From NCBI GenBank assembly GCA_965207455.1, contig CBDBMJ010000001.1:1568001-1632000 (forward strand): 64,000 nt of DNA, read 5' to 3'. The notes below the pieces were generated by a model, which worked only from the letters and a program-made list of their open reading frames with translations, had not been told where the DNA came from and made no database searches. Positions 18,852-27,093 of the stretch are shown in pieces (within the stretch, counting starts at the first letter, position 1; every line of letters starts with the position of its first letter). The translations under genes and the position numbers were made by a program. The DNA comes from Bdellovibrionota bacterium. Its GTDB lineage: Bacteria; Bdellovibrionota; UBA1018; CAIPTA01; JAALKR01.

Positions 18852-20669
18852 TTATCTTCTTATTTGGTATAACTGGTCCAATTCAGCTTTGTACTCGCCT
18901 GTTACCTTTTTTCTTTTTATTTTCAAAGAAGGTGTGAGTTGACCTTTTTCCACAGTGAGTTCTTCGGGAAGTATGTGAAATCTTTTTACGGCCTCCCATT
19001 TGGGTATTTTTCGGTTTATTTCCTGCACTTCTTTTTTTACGAGTTTTAAAATTTTCTCATTTTTAACGAGTTCTTTAATGCCACTGAAAATAATTTTTTC
19101 TTTTGTGGCGTATTGGATAATTGCGTCTTGATGGAGAGTTACGAGGGCTGTAATAAAAGGTTTTTCATCTCCATACACCACCACTTGATTTAAATAAGAG
19201 GATGATTTGGCAAGGCTTTCAATTCTTTGGGGAGCCACAAATTTTCCTCCAGCCGTTTTAATTAAGTCTTTTTTCCTATCGGTGATTTTTAGGTAACCGT
19301 CATCATCTAAATACCCAATATCTCCTGTATAAAACCATCCGTCCTTAAGGGATTCTGCCGTGGCTTCCTTGTCCTTGTAATACTCCTTGAAAACTTTTTT
19401 ACTTTTAATAAGAATTTCCCCGTCCTCTGCAATTTTCACTAAAACTTCAGGAAGTAGGAGACCCACTGTCCCCCGTTTTTCTTGACCAGGTAAATTTACA
19501 GAGATGGGGGCTGCCGTTTCTGTGAGTCCATAGCCCTGGAAAATGGGAACATTCGACATCTTCATAAAATCTGCAATGCTGTTAGGTAGAGGAGCTCCAC
19601 CGCAGATGCATATCTTTAACTTACCGCCAAAGTGCGCTTTAATTTTTGAAAAAATTAATTTCTCCGCAAGTTTGTACTGGAGAGAAACTAGGATAGAGGC
19701 AGAGCCATACTTTCTTTTTTCCTCAAGATATAAGGATCCAACGGTTGTGGCCCATTGGAAGATTTTTTCCTTGAGTGGTGAGCCAGACCGTATCGTAAAG
19801 GAAATTTTCGTATGTGCTTTTTCAAAAATTCGGGGTACAGCAAAGAAAATAGTAGGGCGCACTTCTGCAAGATTTCTAATAACTGCCTCTATGCTTTCTG
19901 CAAATACCTGGGTCCAACCCATCGAATAGGGTAAGTAGCTTTCCATTCGTCCCAAAATATGGCTCATGGGCAGGAAGGAAAGAACGGATTCGTCCTGTGT
20001 GGTGATATGTCGCAAGCTTGTACCTAAGTCCTTCATCACTGAGGCCATGGAAGAGTGCAAGAGAACCACGCCCTTGGGCTTGCCCGTTGTACCAGAGGTA
20101 TAGCAAATCGTATGTATATCCTCTGGCTTTATACTTTTTAGATTTTCTTCAAACTGCACACCCAGTTCCTTATCGTTATTGAGTCCCGTGGTGTAGATCG
20201 TGTTATAACTCACAATGGAGCGATCCGTTTTATTTTCTCCAAAGTTGAAATTCGCAATACAGGTTTTGAGGTATTGGCACTTACCCCAGATAGATTTAAG
20301 ACTTCTTAAGGCAACGGGAGTATCCAGATAAACATACTTTATCTCCCCATGGTTCATAATATATTCCATATCCTCTAGTGTGGAGGTGGGATAGATAGGG
20401 ATAATCTTAGCCTTCACTCCCATAACTGCCATATCCATTCGTGCCCAGTGGATGGAGGTATGTGCAATTACGGCCACCGAATCTCCTGGGGTCACACCCA
20501 GCTTCATTAAACCCACTCCCAATCTACGAATAAAATCTAGCTGCTCACTGAAGGTTACATCAATAAATTTGGAGCCTTTTTTATAGCGAAACCCCACCTT
20601 ATTACCATCAGTTTTCGCTCGACCCAGCAGGGAGTGACAAATAGTTGGGTATACTTCATATTCTTTCAT
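18852..20669 (-). CDS. Long-chain fatty acid--CoA ligase (AMP-binding)
   Basis: YTSGTTGKPKGV, QGYGLTET, GWFYTGDIG, ITDRKKDLIK, LTPSLKIKR. Confidence 0.93.
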   Translation of the reverse strand: MKEYEVYPTICHSLLGRAKTDGNKVGFRYKKGSKFIDVTFSEQLDFIRRLGVGLMKLGVTPGDSVAVIAHTSIHWARMDMAVMGVKAKIIPIYPTSTLEDMEYIMNHGEIKYVYLDTPVALRSLKSIWGKCQYLKTCIANFNFGENKTDRSIVSYNTIYTTGLNNDKELGVQFEENLKSIKPEDIHTICYTSGTTGKPKGVVLLHSSMASVMKDLGTSLRHITTQDESVLSFLPMSHILGRMESYLPYSMGWTQVFAESIEAVIRNLAEVRPTIFFAVPRIFEKAHTKISFTIRSGSPLKEKIFQWATTVGSLYLEEKRKYGSASILVSLQYKLAEKLIFSKIKAHFGGKLKICICGGAPLPNSIADFMKMSNVPIFQGYGLTETAAPISVNLPGQEKRGTVGLLLPEVLVKIAEDGEILIKSKKVFKEYYKDKEATAESLKDGWFYTGDIGYLDDDGYLKITDRKKDLIKTAGGKFVAPQRIESLAKSSSYLNQVVVYGDEKPFITALVTLHQDAIIQYATKEKIIFSGIKELVKNEKILKLVKKEVQEINRKIPKWEAVKRFHILPEELTVEKGQLTPSLKIKRKKVTGEYKAELDQLYQIRR

Positions 20670-20673
20670 TGAT

Positions 20674-21150
20674 TTAACCTTTCCTGTATTGCTTAAGTGC
20701 TTGTTCCATTGATCTCTTTTCGTCCTTTTTTTTCATATCTTGACGCTTATCATGTAATTTCTTTCCTTGTCCAGACCCAATCTCCACCTTTACACGGCCC
20801 CGTGAGTAGTGGAGATTTAGGGCAACAATTGCCTTACCTTTTTCCTCCATTGCTACCCGTAGTTTTTTAATTTCTTTTTTATGGAGTAACAGTTTGCGTG
20901 TACGGAGAGGGTCGTGGTTATGGTGTCCTCCGTGGGAATAGGGTTTAATGTGCAAATTAGCTAGGAAGGCCTCACCATTTTTTATATATACATAGGCATC
21001 GGCAATTTGGGAAAATCCCTGACGAATAGATTTAGCCTCTGTACCCTGGAGAGCAATTCCTGCCTCGTAAGTATCCTGAATCTGGTAGAGACGATGGGCA
21101 TTTTTATTCGTGGCAATTATTTTCACTTTCCCTGTCTTCATCATTTCCAA
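20674..21150 (-). CDS. smpB: SsrA-binding protein SmpB
   Basis: IATNKNA, YEAGIALQGTEAKSIR, RTRKLLLHKKEI, GKKLHDKR. Confidence 0.96.
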   Translation of the reverse strand: MEMMKTGKVKIIATNKNAHRLYQIQDTYEAGIALQGTEAKSIRQGFSQIADAYVYIKNGEAFLANLHIKPYSHGGHHNHDPLRTRKLLLHKKEIKKLRVAMEEKGKAIVALNLHYSRGRVKVEIGSGQGKKLHDKRQDMKKKDEKRSMEQALKQYRKG

Positions 21151-21160
21151 CCTTTCCTAC

Positions 21161-22012
21161 TCATAGTATACACTGGTCGAGCGCTTGGAATAGTCTGGCA
21201 ATTTCTTGAATCTCTAAACTTTCCGCTCTTCTCCTCCCATCAATATTTATTTTCTTGAGGGCTGCCAGAACGGGCTCATGGTTGGGAATAAAATGGCTCA
21301 ACTGAATGGAATTTTCCAACGTTTTTCGTCGGTAATGGAAGAGCCCCCTTAGGAGAGCCTCAAAATGGGGGTATGTGTGGGAGGTGAGAGCGACTAGGGG
21401 TTCTTGTCTGATTGTGAAATGGAGAACGGTAGACGATACCTTAGGTGGAGGGAAAAAAGCACTGGGAGGGAGATCCCCTACACTCTTTATGTGGAAAAAA
21501 TTCTGTAGTAAAATGCTAAGGCTACTGTATGCCTTGCTATGGTTGGAGGCTGCAATTCTTTGGGCCACCTCCTTTTGAAACATAAGTGTCATCTGTTCGA
21601 TACAATCCCTGTACTGGACCAGTCGCAGGAGAATTTCCGTGGCCATATTATAGGGAAGGTTGGACACAACGGTGAGTTTCTTAGCGCTTTGGGTTTTTTC
21701 CTGAATACTATGATAGTCGAAATGGGCTGCGTCCGCACACCAGCAAAAGAGATTCTTTGGGGCTTTCGATCCTGTGGTAATTTCTGCTTCCAATATTTTT
21801 AGCAAGGACTCATCTTTTTCAATCAGGCAAAGTATTTCTGCCCGGGCAGCCAGTGCATGGGTAAGGGCTCCCCGTCCCGGACCAATTTCCAATAACAGGG
21901 GAGTGGATGGGGGCACTTGGTGGACAATTTGTTCAATGGCGTTTGGGTCTTGGAGAAAGTGTTGACCCAGGGATTTTTTTGCTCCTTTATTTCTCATGCC
22001 TTTATTTCTCAT
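21161..22012 (-). CDS. rsmA: 16S rRNA m6,2A1518/1519 dimethyltransferase RsmA (KsgA)
   Basis: KKSLGQHFL, LEIGPGRGALT, SNLPYN, MFQKEVAQR, FFPPPKVSS, RRAESL. Confidence 0.95.
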   Translation of the reverse strand: MRNKGMRNKGAKKSLGQHFLQDPNAIEQIVHQVPPSTPLLLEIGPGRGALTHALAARAEILCLIEKDESLLKILEAEITTGSKAPKNLFCWCADAAHFDYHSIQEKTQSAKKLTVVSNLPYNMATEILLRLVQYRDCIEQMTLMFQKEVAQRIAASNHSKAYSSLSILLQNFFHIKSVGDLPPSAFFPPPKVSSTVLHFTIRQEPLVALTSHTYPHFEALLRGLFHYRRKTLENSIQLSHFIPNHEPVLAALKKINIDGRRRAESLEIQEIARLFQALDQCIL

Positions 22013-23065
22013 TCAAAGTGGACCTTTTTTTTCTACTCTCGGTTGGGGACCCAACTGCCATTGTTCCTCTCCTTGGCAATATACGGAATGGTTGTAGAGA
22101 ACTGCGCCCATGGCAGCCACCATGGCTCCATTATCGGTGCAGTACTGTGGAGGAGGGATATGTAGTTGTATGGATGGATGGAGCACTTCGCGTAGCTTTG
22201 TCCGGATGCGTGCGTTTGCAGCCACCCCACCGGCTAGGATGACCTGTTGGTAGCCGTATGTTTTCACAGCAAGTTGGACTTTATTAACAAGCATATCTGT
22301 GATGGCTTCTTGGTAGGAGGCACAGACGTCCGAGGTATTTGCATCGGGATTTTTTTGGAGAAAATACAGCAGAGCTGTCTTGAGTCCACTAAAGGAGAAG
22401 TTCAGGTTTGCTTCTTGTTTGAGGGATCTGGGAAAAGGGATGGCCTTTGGGTTTCCGCCTTGGGCTGCTTGGGAAAGGGCTGGACCTCCGCCTGGGTGGG
22501 GAAGCTTTAGGAGTCGAGCCCCTTTGTCGAAGGCTTCTCCGGCGGCATCGTCGAGTGTGTGTCCCAGGAGTTTCCATTGCATAAAATCATCTTTGATTTC
22601 ATAGAGGCTGGTATGTCCTCCAGAAACAATGAGTCCGAGAAATGGCTCCGTTGTGGATAGTTTTCTATCTTCGTCCGAATCATGGTCCAGGAGAATAGCT
22701 GCAAGGTGGGCTTCCAAATGGTTTATGGGAATCAGTGGTATTCCCAGGCTATAGGCCAATGCCTTAGCTCCGTTGAGTCCTACGATAAGAGCGCCCACGA
22801 GTCCTGGGCGGTTGGTGACAGCAATGGCGTCGATATCTTGGTAGGTTTTTCCTGCGCGCTCCAGGCACAGTTGCACCACGGGCAGGAGATTTTCCGTGTG
22901 TTTGCGTGAGGCTAGCTCTGGCACAATCCCTCCCCAACGTCGGTGCACTTCTTCTTGATGGGCCGTGGCCTCGCCCAAGATACGGCAACCGTCTTGTACT
23001 AGGGCAGCAGCGGTTTCATCGCAGCTAGATTCTATTCCAAGGATGAGCGAGCTTTTTGTAGACAT
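22013..23065 (-). CDS. tsaD: tRNA t6A37 threonylcarbamoyltransferase TsaD
   Basis: ILGIESSCDET, GGIVPELASRKH, NHLEAH, VSGGHT, DDAAGEAFDK, FSFSGLKTA, CTDNGAM. Confidence 0.96.
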   Translation of the reverse strand: MSTKSSLILGIESSCDETAAALVQDGCRILGEATAHQEEVHRRWGGIVPELASRKHTENLLPVVQLCLERAGKTYQDIDAIAVTNRPGLVGALIVGLNGAKALAYSLGIPLIPINHLEAHLAAILLDHDSDEDRKLSTTEPFLGLIVSGGHTSLYEIKDDFMQWKLLGHTLDDAAGEAFDKGARLLKLPHPGGGPALSQAAQGGNPKAIPFPRSLKQEANLNFSFSGLKTALLYFLQKNPDANTSDVCASYQEAITDMLVNKVQLAVKTYGYQQVILAGGVAANARIRTKLREVLHPSIQLHIPPPQYCTDNGAMVAAMGAVLYNHSVYCQGEEQWQLGPQPRVEKKGPL

Positions 23066-23148
23066 CAAGACTTGTCATATCGTAGGATTGCTAGAATAGA
23101 AACCATGGATTTATTGAAAATCTTTTTATAAAGGGGTATACACAAGGC

Positions 23149-24135
23149 ATGGCACCGAACTCGCCTCCCAATTCTTCATCGTCACCTCGATCCCCCAAGG
23201 TTCTCCTATTTTCTGGGAGTTCCAATCGTCCTTTGTCCGAGAAGGTTGCCAAGAGCTTGGGAATATGTTTGGGGGACATGGATCTCCGTTGTTTTAGTGA
23301 CGGCGAAATTTTTGTGAAAATTAAGGAGAATGTGCGAGGGGCCCATGTGTATATATTGCAAAGCACCTGCACGCCTGTAAACGATCATTTGATGGAGGTT
23401 TTGGTTATTGCGGACACTCTACGCAGGGCCAGCGTGGGTAGTATCACGGCGATTCTTCCCTATTACGGATATGCTCGTCAGGATAGGAAGGTAGCTCCCC
23501 GAACTCCCATTACTGCAAAGTTGGTGGCCGATCTTTTAGTGGCAGCGGGGATTGGGCGCATGGTTTCCCTGGATCTCCATTCAGGGCAAATTCAGGGTTT
23601 TTTCAATATTCCTTTCGACAATCTTTTTACCCGTCCCGTGATGATGGATTATATTCGAGATCACGTGGCTGGCGAGGGTGATCTGGTGATTGTTTCTCCG
23701 GACGCTGGTGGTGTGGAGAGAGCCCGTGCGTATGCGAAAAAAGTAAATGCCAAGGTTGCAATGATCGACAAGCGTCGTACAGGCCCCAATGAGGCCAAGG
23801 CCATGCACTTGGTGGGAGACGTAAGGGGTTGTACTGCTTTTATTGTGGACGACATGGTCGACACAGCAGGAACCTTACTAGAGGGAGTGAGTTCCCTACT
23901 CAAGCATGGTGCTATAAATGTCTATGCCTGTGCTGCCCACGCAGTTCTCTCTGGATCAGCTGTGGAGAAAATCAATGCCTCTCCCTTAAAGGAAATTATT
24001 TTTACGGATACGATTCCACTGTGTGAGGAAGCGAGCAAAAGTGAAAAATTTAGAGTAGTGACGGTTGCTGGGCTGATAGCAAAAGCAATCGAGCGTATCC
24101 ATGCCAATGAATCGGTGAGTTCTCTCTTTGACTAA
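23149..24135 (+). CDS. prs: Ribose-phosphate pyrophosphokinase
   Basis: FSDGE, PYYGYARQDRK, DLHSGQIQGFF, VSPDAGG, VDDMVDTAGT. Confidence 0.97.
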   Translation: MAPNSPPNSSSSPRSPKVLLFSGSSNRPLSEKVAKSLGICLGDMDLRCFSDGEIFVKIKENVRGAHVYILQSTCTPVNDHLMEVLVIADTLRRASVGSITAILPYYGYARQDRKVAPRTPITAKLVADLLVAAGIGRMVSLDLHSGQIQGFFNIPFDNLFTRPVMMDYIRDHVAGEGDLVIVSPDAGGVERARAYAKKVNAKVAMIDKRRTGPNEAKAMHLVGDVRGCTAFIVDDMVDTAGTLLEGVSSLLKHGAINVYACAAHAVLSGSAVEKINASPLKEIIFTDTIPLCEEASKSEKFRVVTVAGLIAKAIERIHANESVSSLFD

Positions 24136-24146
24136 AAGGATCTCGA

Positions 24147-24713
24147 ATGAAATTAATTGCGGGCTTAGGTAATCCTACTGAAAAATACCGACTCCATCGT
24201 CACAATATTGGCTTTCAGGTATTGCAGTTTTGGGTAAGTCAGAAGAAAGAGCGCTTTCAAGAGAAGTCTTCTTTTTCAGGCATGGTCAGTAAGTTTTCTC
24301 TGGGCGACGCTCCCGTGATAGCTCTCCTACCTCTCACCTACATGAACCGATCAGGAGATGCGATACAAAAAACCATGGCTTTTTATAAAATTCCCATGGA
24401 GGACGTGATTGTTATTCATGATGAAGTAGATCTTCCTGCGGGCACTGTTCGGATTAAGCGCAACGGTGGGGCAGGAACCCATAACGGTCTTCGTTCCATT
24501 CAGCCGCTGGGGAGTGAGTACTTACGGATTCGAATGGGAATAGGTATGCCACCACATTCGGCAATGGATTTAAGTTCTTATGTGTTAGGTGATTTCTCCC
24601 AGTCGGAGCAACAGCACTGGGAGAAAAAATTTCCTGATGTCATGGAGATTTTAGAGCTTTGTATAACAGGAAAAGAGAAGGTAGCCATGAACCGCTACCA
24701 TGGAAAGGACTAA
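24147..24713 (+). CDS. pth: Peptidyl-tRNA hydrolase
   Basis: LIAGLGNP, RHNIGF, PLTYMNRSG, HDEVD, HNGLRS. Confidence 0.95.
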   Translation: MKLIAGLGNPTEKYRLHRHNIGFQVLQFWVSQKKERFQEKSSFSGMVSKFSLGDAPVIALLPLTYMNRSGDAIQKTMAFYKIPMEDVIVIHDEVDLPAGTVRIKRNGGAGTHNGLRSIQPLGSEYLRIRMGIGMPPHSAMDLSSYVLGDFSQSEQQHWEKKFPDVMEILELCITGKEKVAMNRYHGKD

Positions 24714-24717
24714 ATAA

Positions 24718-25818
24718 ATGGCTTTGAGTTGCGGTATTGTGGGGCTTCCGAACGTGGGTAAATCCACTATTTTTAATGCACTAACAAATGCGGGGGCAGC
24801 GGTGGAAAATTTTCCATTCTGTACGATTGAGCCCAACCAGGGTGTGGTGTTTGTGGAGGACCCTCGATTGACGGAAATATCCCGTCGAGTGGAGCCGGAA
24901 CGCACCATTCCTGCCATGGTTGAGTTTACGGACATCGCTGGATTGGTAAAGGGCGCTGCTAAGGGAGACGGTTTGGGCAACAAGTTTTTAAGTCATATTC
25001 GTGCCACAGCGGCTATTGTCCATGTGGTTCGTTGTTTCGAGGATGACAATATTGTTCATGTGGACGGCTCTGTGGATCCTGTGAGAGACACTTCCGTTAT
25101 CGACACCGAGCTTATTCTCGCCGACCTAGAGACGGTGTTGAAACGTAGGCGAGCCTTGGAAAAGGAAAAAAAGCGCAACCCCAAGGGTGTGGCAAGCAAA
25201 CTTTTGGTAGTGGAAAGAGTACACCGTACCCTAGAGAAGGGAGGGACTGTTCGTGCCTTAGGCTTGGACAAAGAGGAAGGTGCTTTGATTCAAGACCTGC
25301 ACCTGATTACACAAAAGCCTGTTTTGTATGTGGGAAATATAGAGGAAGATTGCGCACAAAACCCGGAGGAAAATTTGAATTTTGTAAAGCTCCACGAGTT
25401 AGCCACGAAAGAGGGCAGTGGGTGTGTGGCCATTTGTGGAAAGATTGAAGCAGAAATTTCAGAATTGGAGGACTCGGGAAAGGCAGAGTTTTTAGAATCC
25501 CTTGGTTTGAAAGAAGCAGGGCTTGCCCGACTCACCCGTAAGGCCTATGAACTATTGGGTCTGCAAACGTACTTTACTGCGGGAAAACAGGAAGTGCGTG
25601 CTTGGACGATCCATAAGGGAGACACGGCTCCTCAGGCAGCTGGTGTAATTCACAGTGATTTTGAGCGCGGCTTTATTAAAGCAGAGGTATACCATGTAGA
25701 GGATTTAATGGAGCATGGGACTGAAATTCAGCTGAAGAGTAAGGGACTCCTTCGAATAGAGGGCAAAGAGTATATTGTCCAAGATGGAGATATTATGCAT
25801 TTTCGTTTTAATGTGTGA
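24718..25818 (+). CDS. ychF: Redox-regulated ATPase YchF (Obg family)
   Basis: GIVGLPNVGKST, NFPFCTIEPN, DIAGLVKGA, TYFTAG, C-terminal VQDGDIMHFRFNV. Confidence 0.97.
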   Translation: MALSCGIVGLPNVGKSTIFNALTNAGAAVENFPFCTIEPNQGVVFVEDPRLTEISRRVEPERTIPAMVEFTDIAGLVKGAAKGDGLGNKFLSHIRATAAIVHVVRCFEDDNIVHVDGSVDPVRDTSVIDTELILADLETVLKRRRALEKEKKRNPKGVASKLLVVERVHRTLEKGGTVRALGLDKEEGALIQDLHLITQKPVLYVGNIEEDCAQNPEENLNFVKLHELATKEGSGCVAICGKIEAEISELEDSGKAEFLESLGLKEAGLARLTRKAYELLGLQTYFTAGKQEVRAWTIHKGDTAPQAAGVIHSDFERGFIKAEVYHVEDLMEHGTEIQLKSKGLLRIEGKEYIVQDGDIMHFRFNV

Positions 25819-25864
25819 TCTGTTGCCTTATTTCTGACTGCCGAAAAAAGGACCGGAAAAAGGC

Positions 25865-25898
25865 AAAAAAAAGGGGCTTGTGGGCCCCTTCTTCTTTT
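25865..25898. terminator. Probable bidirectional intrinsic terminator between convergent ychF and the histone-like gene
   Basis: A-tract, AAGGGGC-ttgtgg-GCCCCTT hairpin, then T-rich tail. Confidence 0.75.
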
Positions 25899-25911
25899 CT
25901 GTACTGTAAGG

Positions 25912-26400
25912 TTACTTACGAGCTTTTTTCGCTTTTCTTTTTTTAGCTTTCTTCTTTGTAGCTTTTTTCCTAGTTGCCGTCTTTTTTGTGGCTTTTTTTC
26001 TAGTAGCTTTTTTTCTAGTAGCTTTTTTCTTTGTAGCTGTTTTTCTTGTAGCTTTTTTCTTAGCTTTCTTTTTCGTAGCTTTCTTCTTTGTAGCTTTCTT
26101 TTTCGCTTTTTTCTTAGTAGCGGCTTTTCTTGTTGTTTTCGCTTTCTTTTTCGTTTTTCTCTTCTTACGTCCGCCGCCCTTTCTGGACATTGCTACACAA
26201 GATACGTCACCCACCTTGTCAATAAAGTATAGGAATCCGCTTTCGCGTTTCACCCCACATTTTACCAAGACCTCGGGCTTAGATTTCGACCCTGATCTAC
26301 CGCGTGCCATTTTCGTGCGCGCAATATGTCCTTTTTTGTCAATATAGTATAGGTATCCAGCTTCCCGCTTTACACCCGCTTTATACACTTTCTTTGCCAT
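25912..26400 (-). CDS. Basic histone H1-like DNA-binding protein (duplicated N-terminal domain plus KKA(T/K)(K/R) repeat tail)
   Basis: GGAGG RBS before ATG 26400; two copies of GVKRExG(Y/F)LY(Y/F)IDKxG...MxR, then ~85 aa of Lys/Ala/Thr/Arg pentapeptide repeats. Confidence 0.8.
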   Translation of the reverse strand: MAKKVYKAGVKREAGYLYYIDKKGHIARTKMARGRSGSKSKPEVLVKCGVKRESGFLYFIDKVGDVSCVAMSRKGGGRKKRKTKKKAKTTRKAATKKKAKKKATKKKATKKKAKKKATRKTATKKKATRKKATRKKATKKTATRKKATKKKAKKRKAKKARK

Positions 26401-26598
26401 GGATTTTTCCTCCAAAAGGTTTATCTTTACTACCTAATCTGCCTTATGCGAACTAGGTTCTCCCAGCAATTTCTTACTGAAATTCTTTTATATGTTAATC
26501 CTAAGCTTAAAATATTAACCATCACAAGGTTTTTTTATAAGAAAATTATTTTTTTTCCCGATCTTGACCATTCTTTTAAGAAAGGATAGGAATATGGA

Positions 26599-27093
26599 AT
26601 GCAAGAAGACTCAAAAGAACCTCAGCTCCAGCCCGTTACGGTGAAGGGAAAGGCCTTCCTTGAGCGGGAGCTCAAGCGCTTGCTTTCCAAGGATCGCACG
26701 GCAGTTATTGCGGCTATTGAGGTAGCCAGAGCCTTGGGTGACTTAAAGGAAAACGCAGAATACCATGCTGCAAAAGAGCAACAGTCTTTGATCATGGCAA
26801 GAATAGACTATATAAAGGGTGTTTTAGGGAGTGCAGAGGTAATCGAACCATCGAGCCTTTCCCTCCCCCATATTGCTTTTGGATCCACCGTTACCCTCTG
26901 TGATTTAGATAAGGACGAGGAGGTTACGTATCAAGTTGTGGGGATTGACGAGTCGGACATAAAGAAAGGAAAACTCAGTTATAATTCGCCTCTAGCTCGT
27001 GCATTGATTGGTAAGCGAGTAGGGGATGAGGTTGGGGTGAAAACTCCAAAAGGGCATGCCAGTTACGAAGTCTCCAGCATCCAGTACATCTAA
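26599..27093 (+). CDS. greA: Transcription elongation factor GreA
   Basis: ARALGDLKENAEYHAAKEQQ, FGSTV, SPLARALIGK. Confidence 0.95.
   Translation: MQEDSKEPQLQPVTVKGKAFLERELKRLLSKDRTAVIAAIEVARALGDLKENAEYHAAKEQQSLIMARIDYIKGVLGSAEVIEPSSLSLPHIAFGSTVTLCDLDKDEEVTYQVVGIDESDIKKGKLSYNSPLARALIGKRVGDEVGVKTPKGHASYEVSSIQYI

Noticed and set aside
20674..21150. tmRNA gene near smpB
   Set aside because: No ssrA-like GGGG(C/A)...CCACCA ends and no intergenic space near smpB.
25988..26347. 119-aa Phe/Val/Ala-rich plus-strand ORF resembling a membrane protein
   Set aside because: Reverse complement of the Lys/Ala repeat tail of the histone-like gene.
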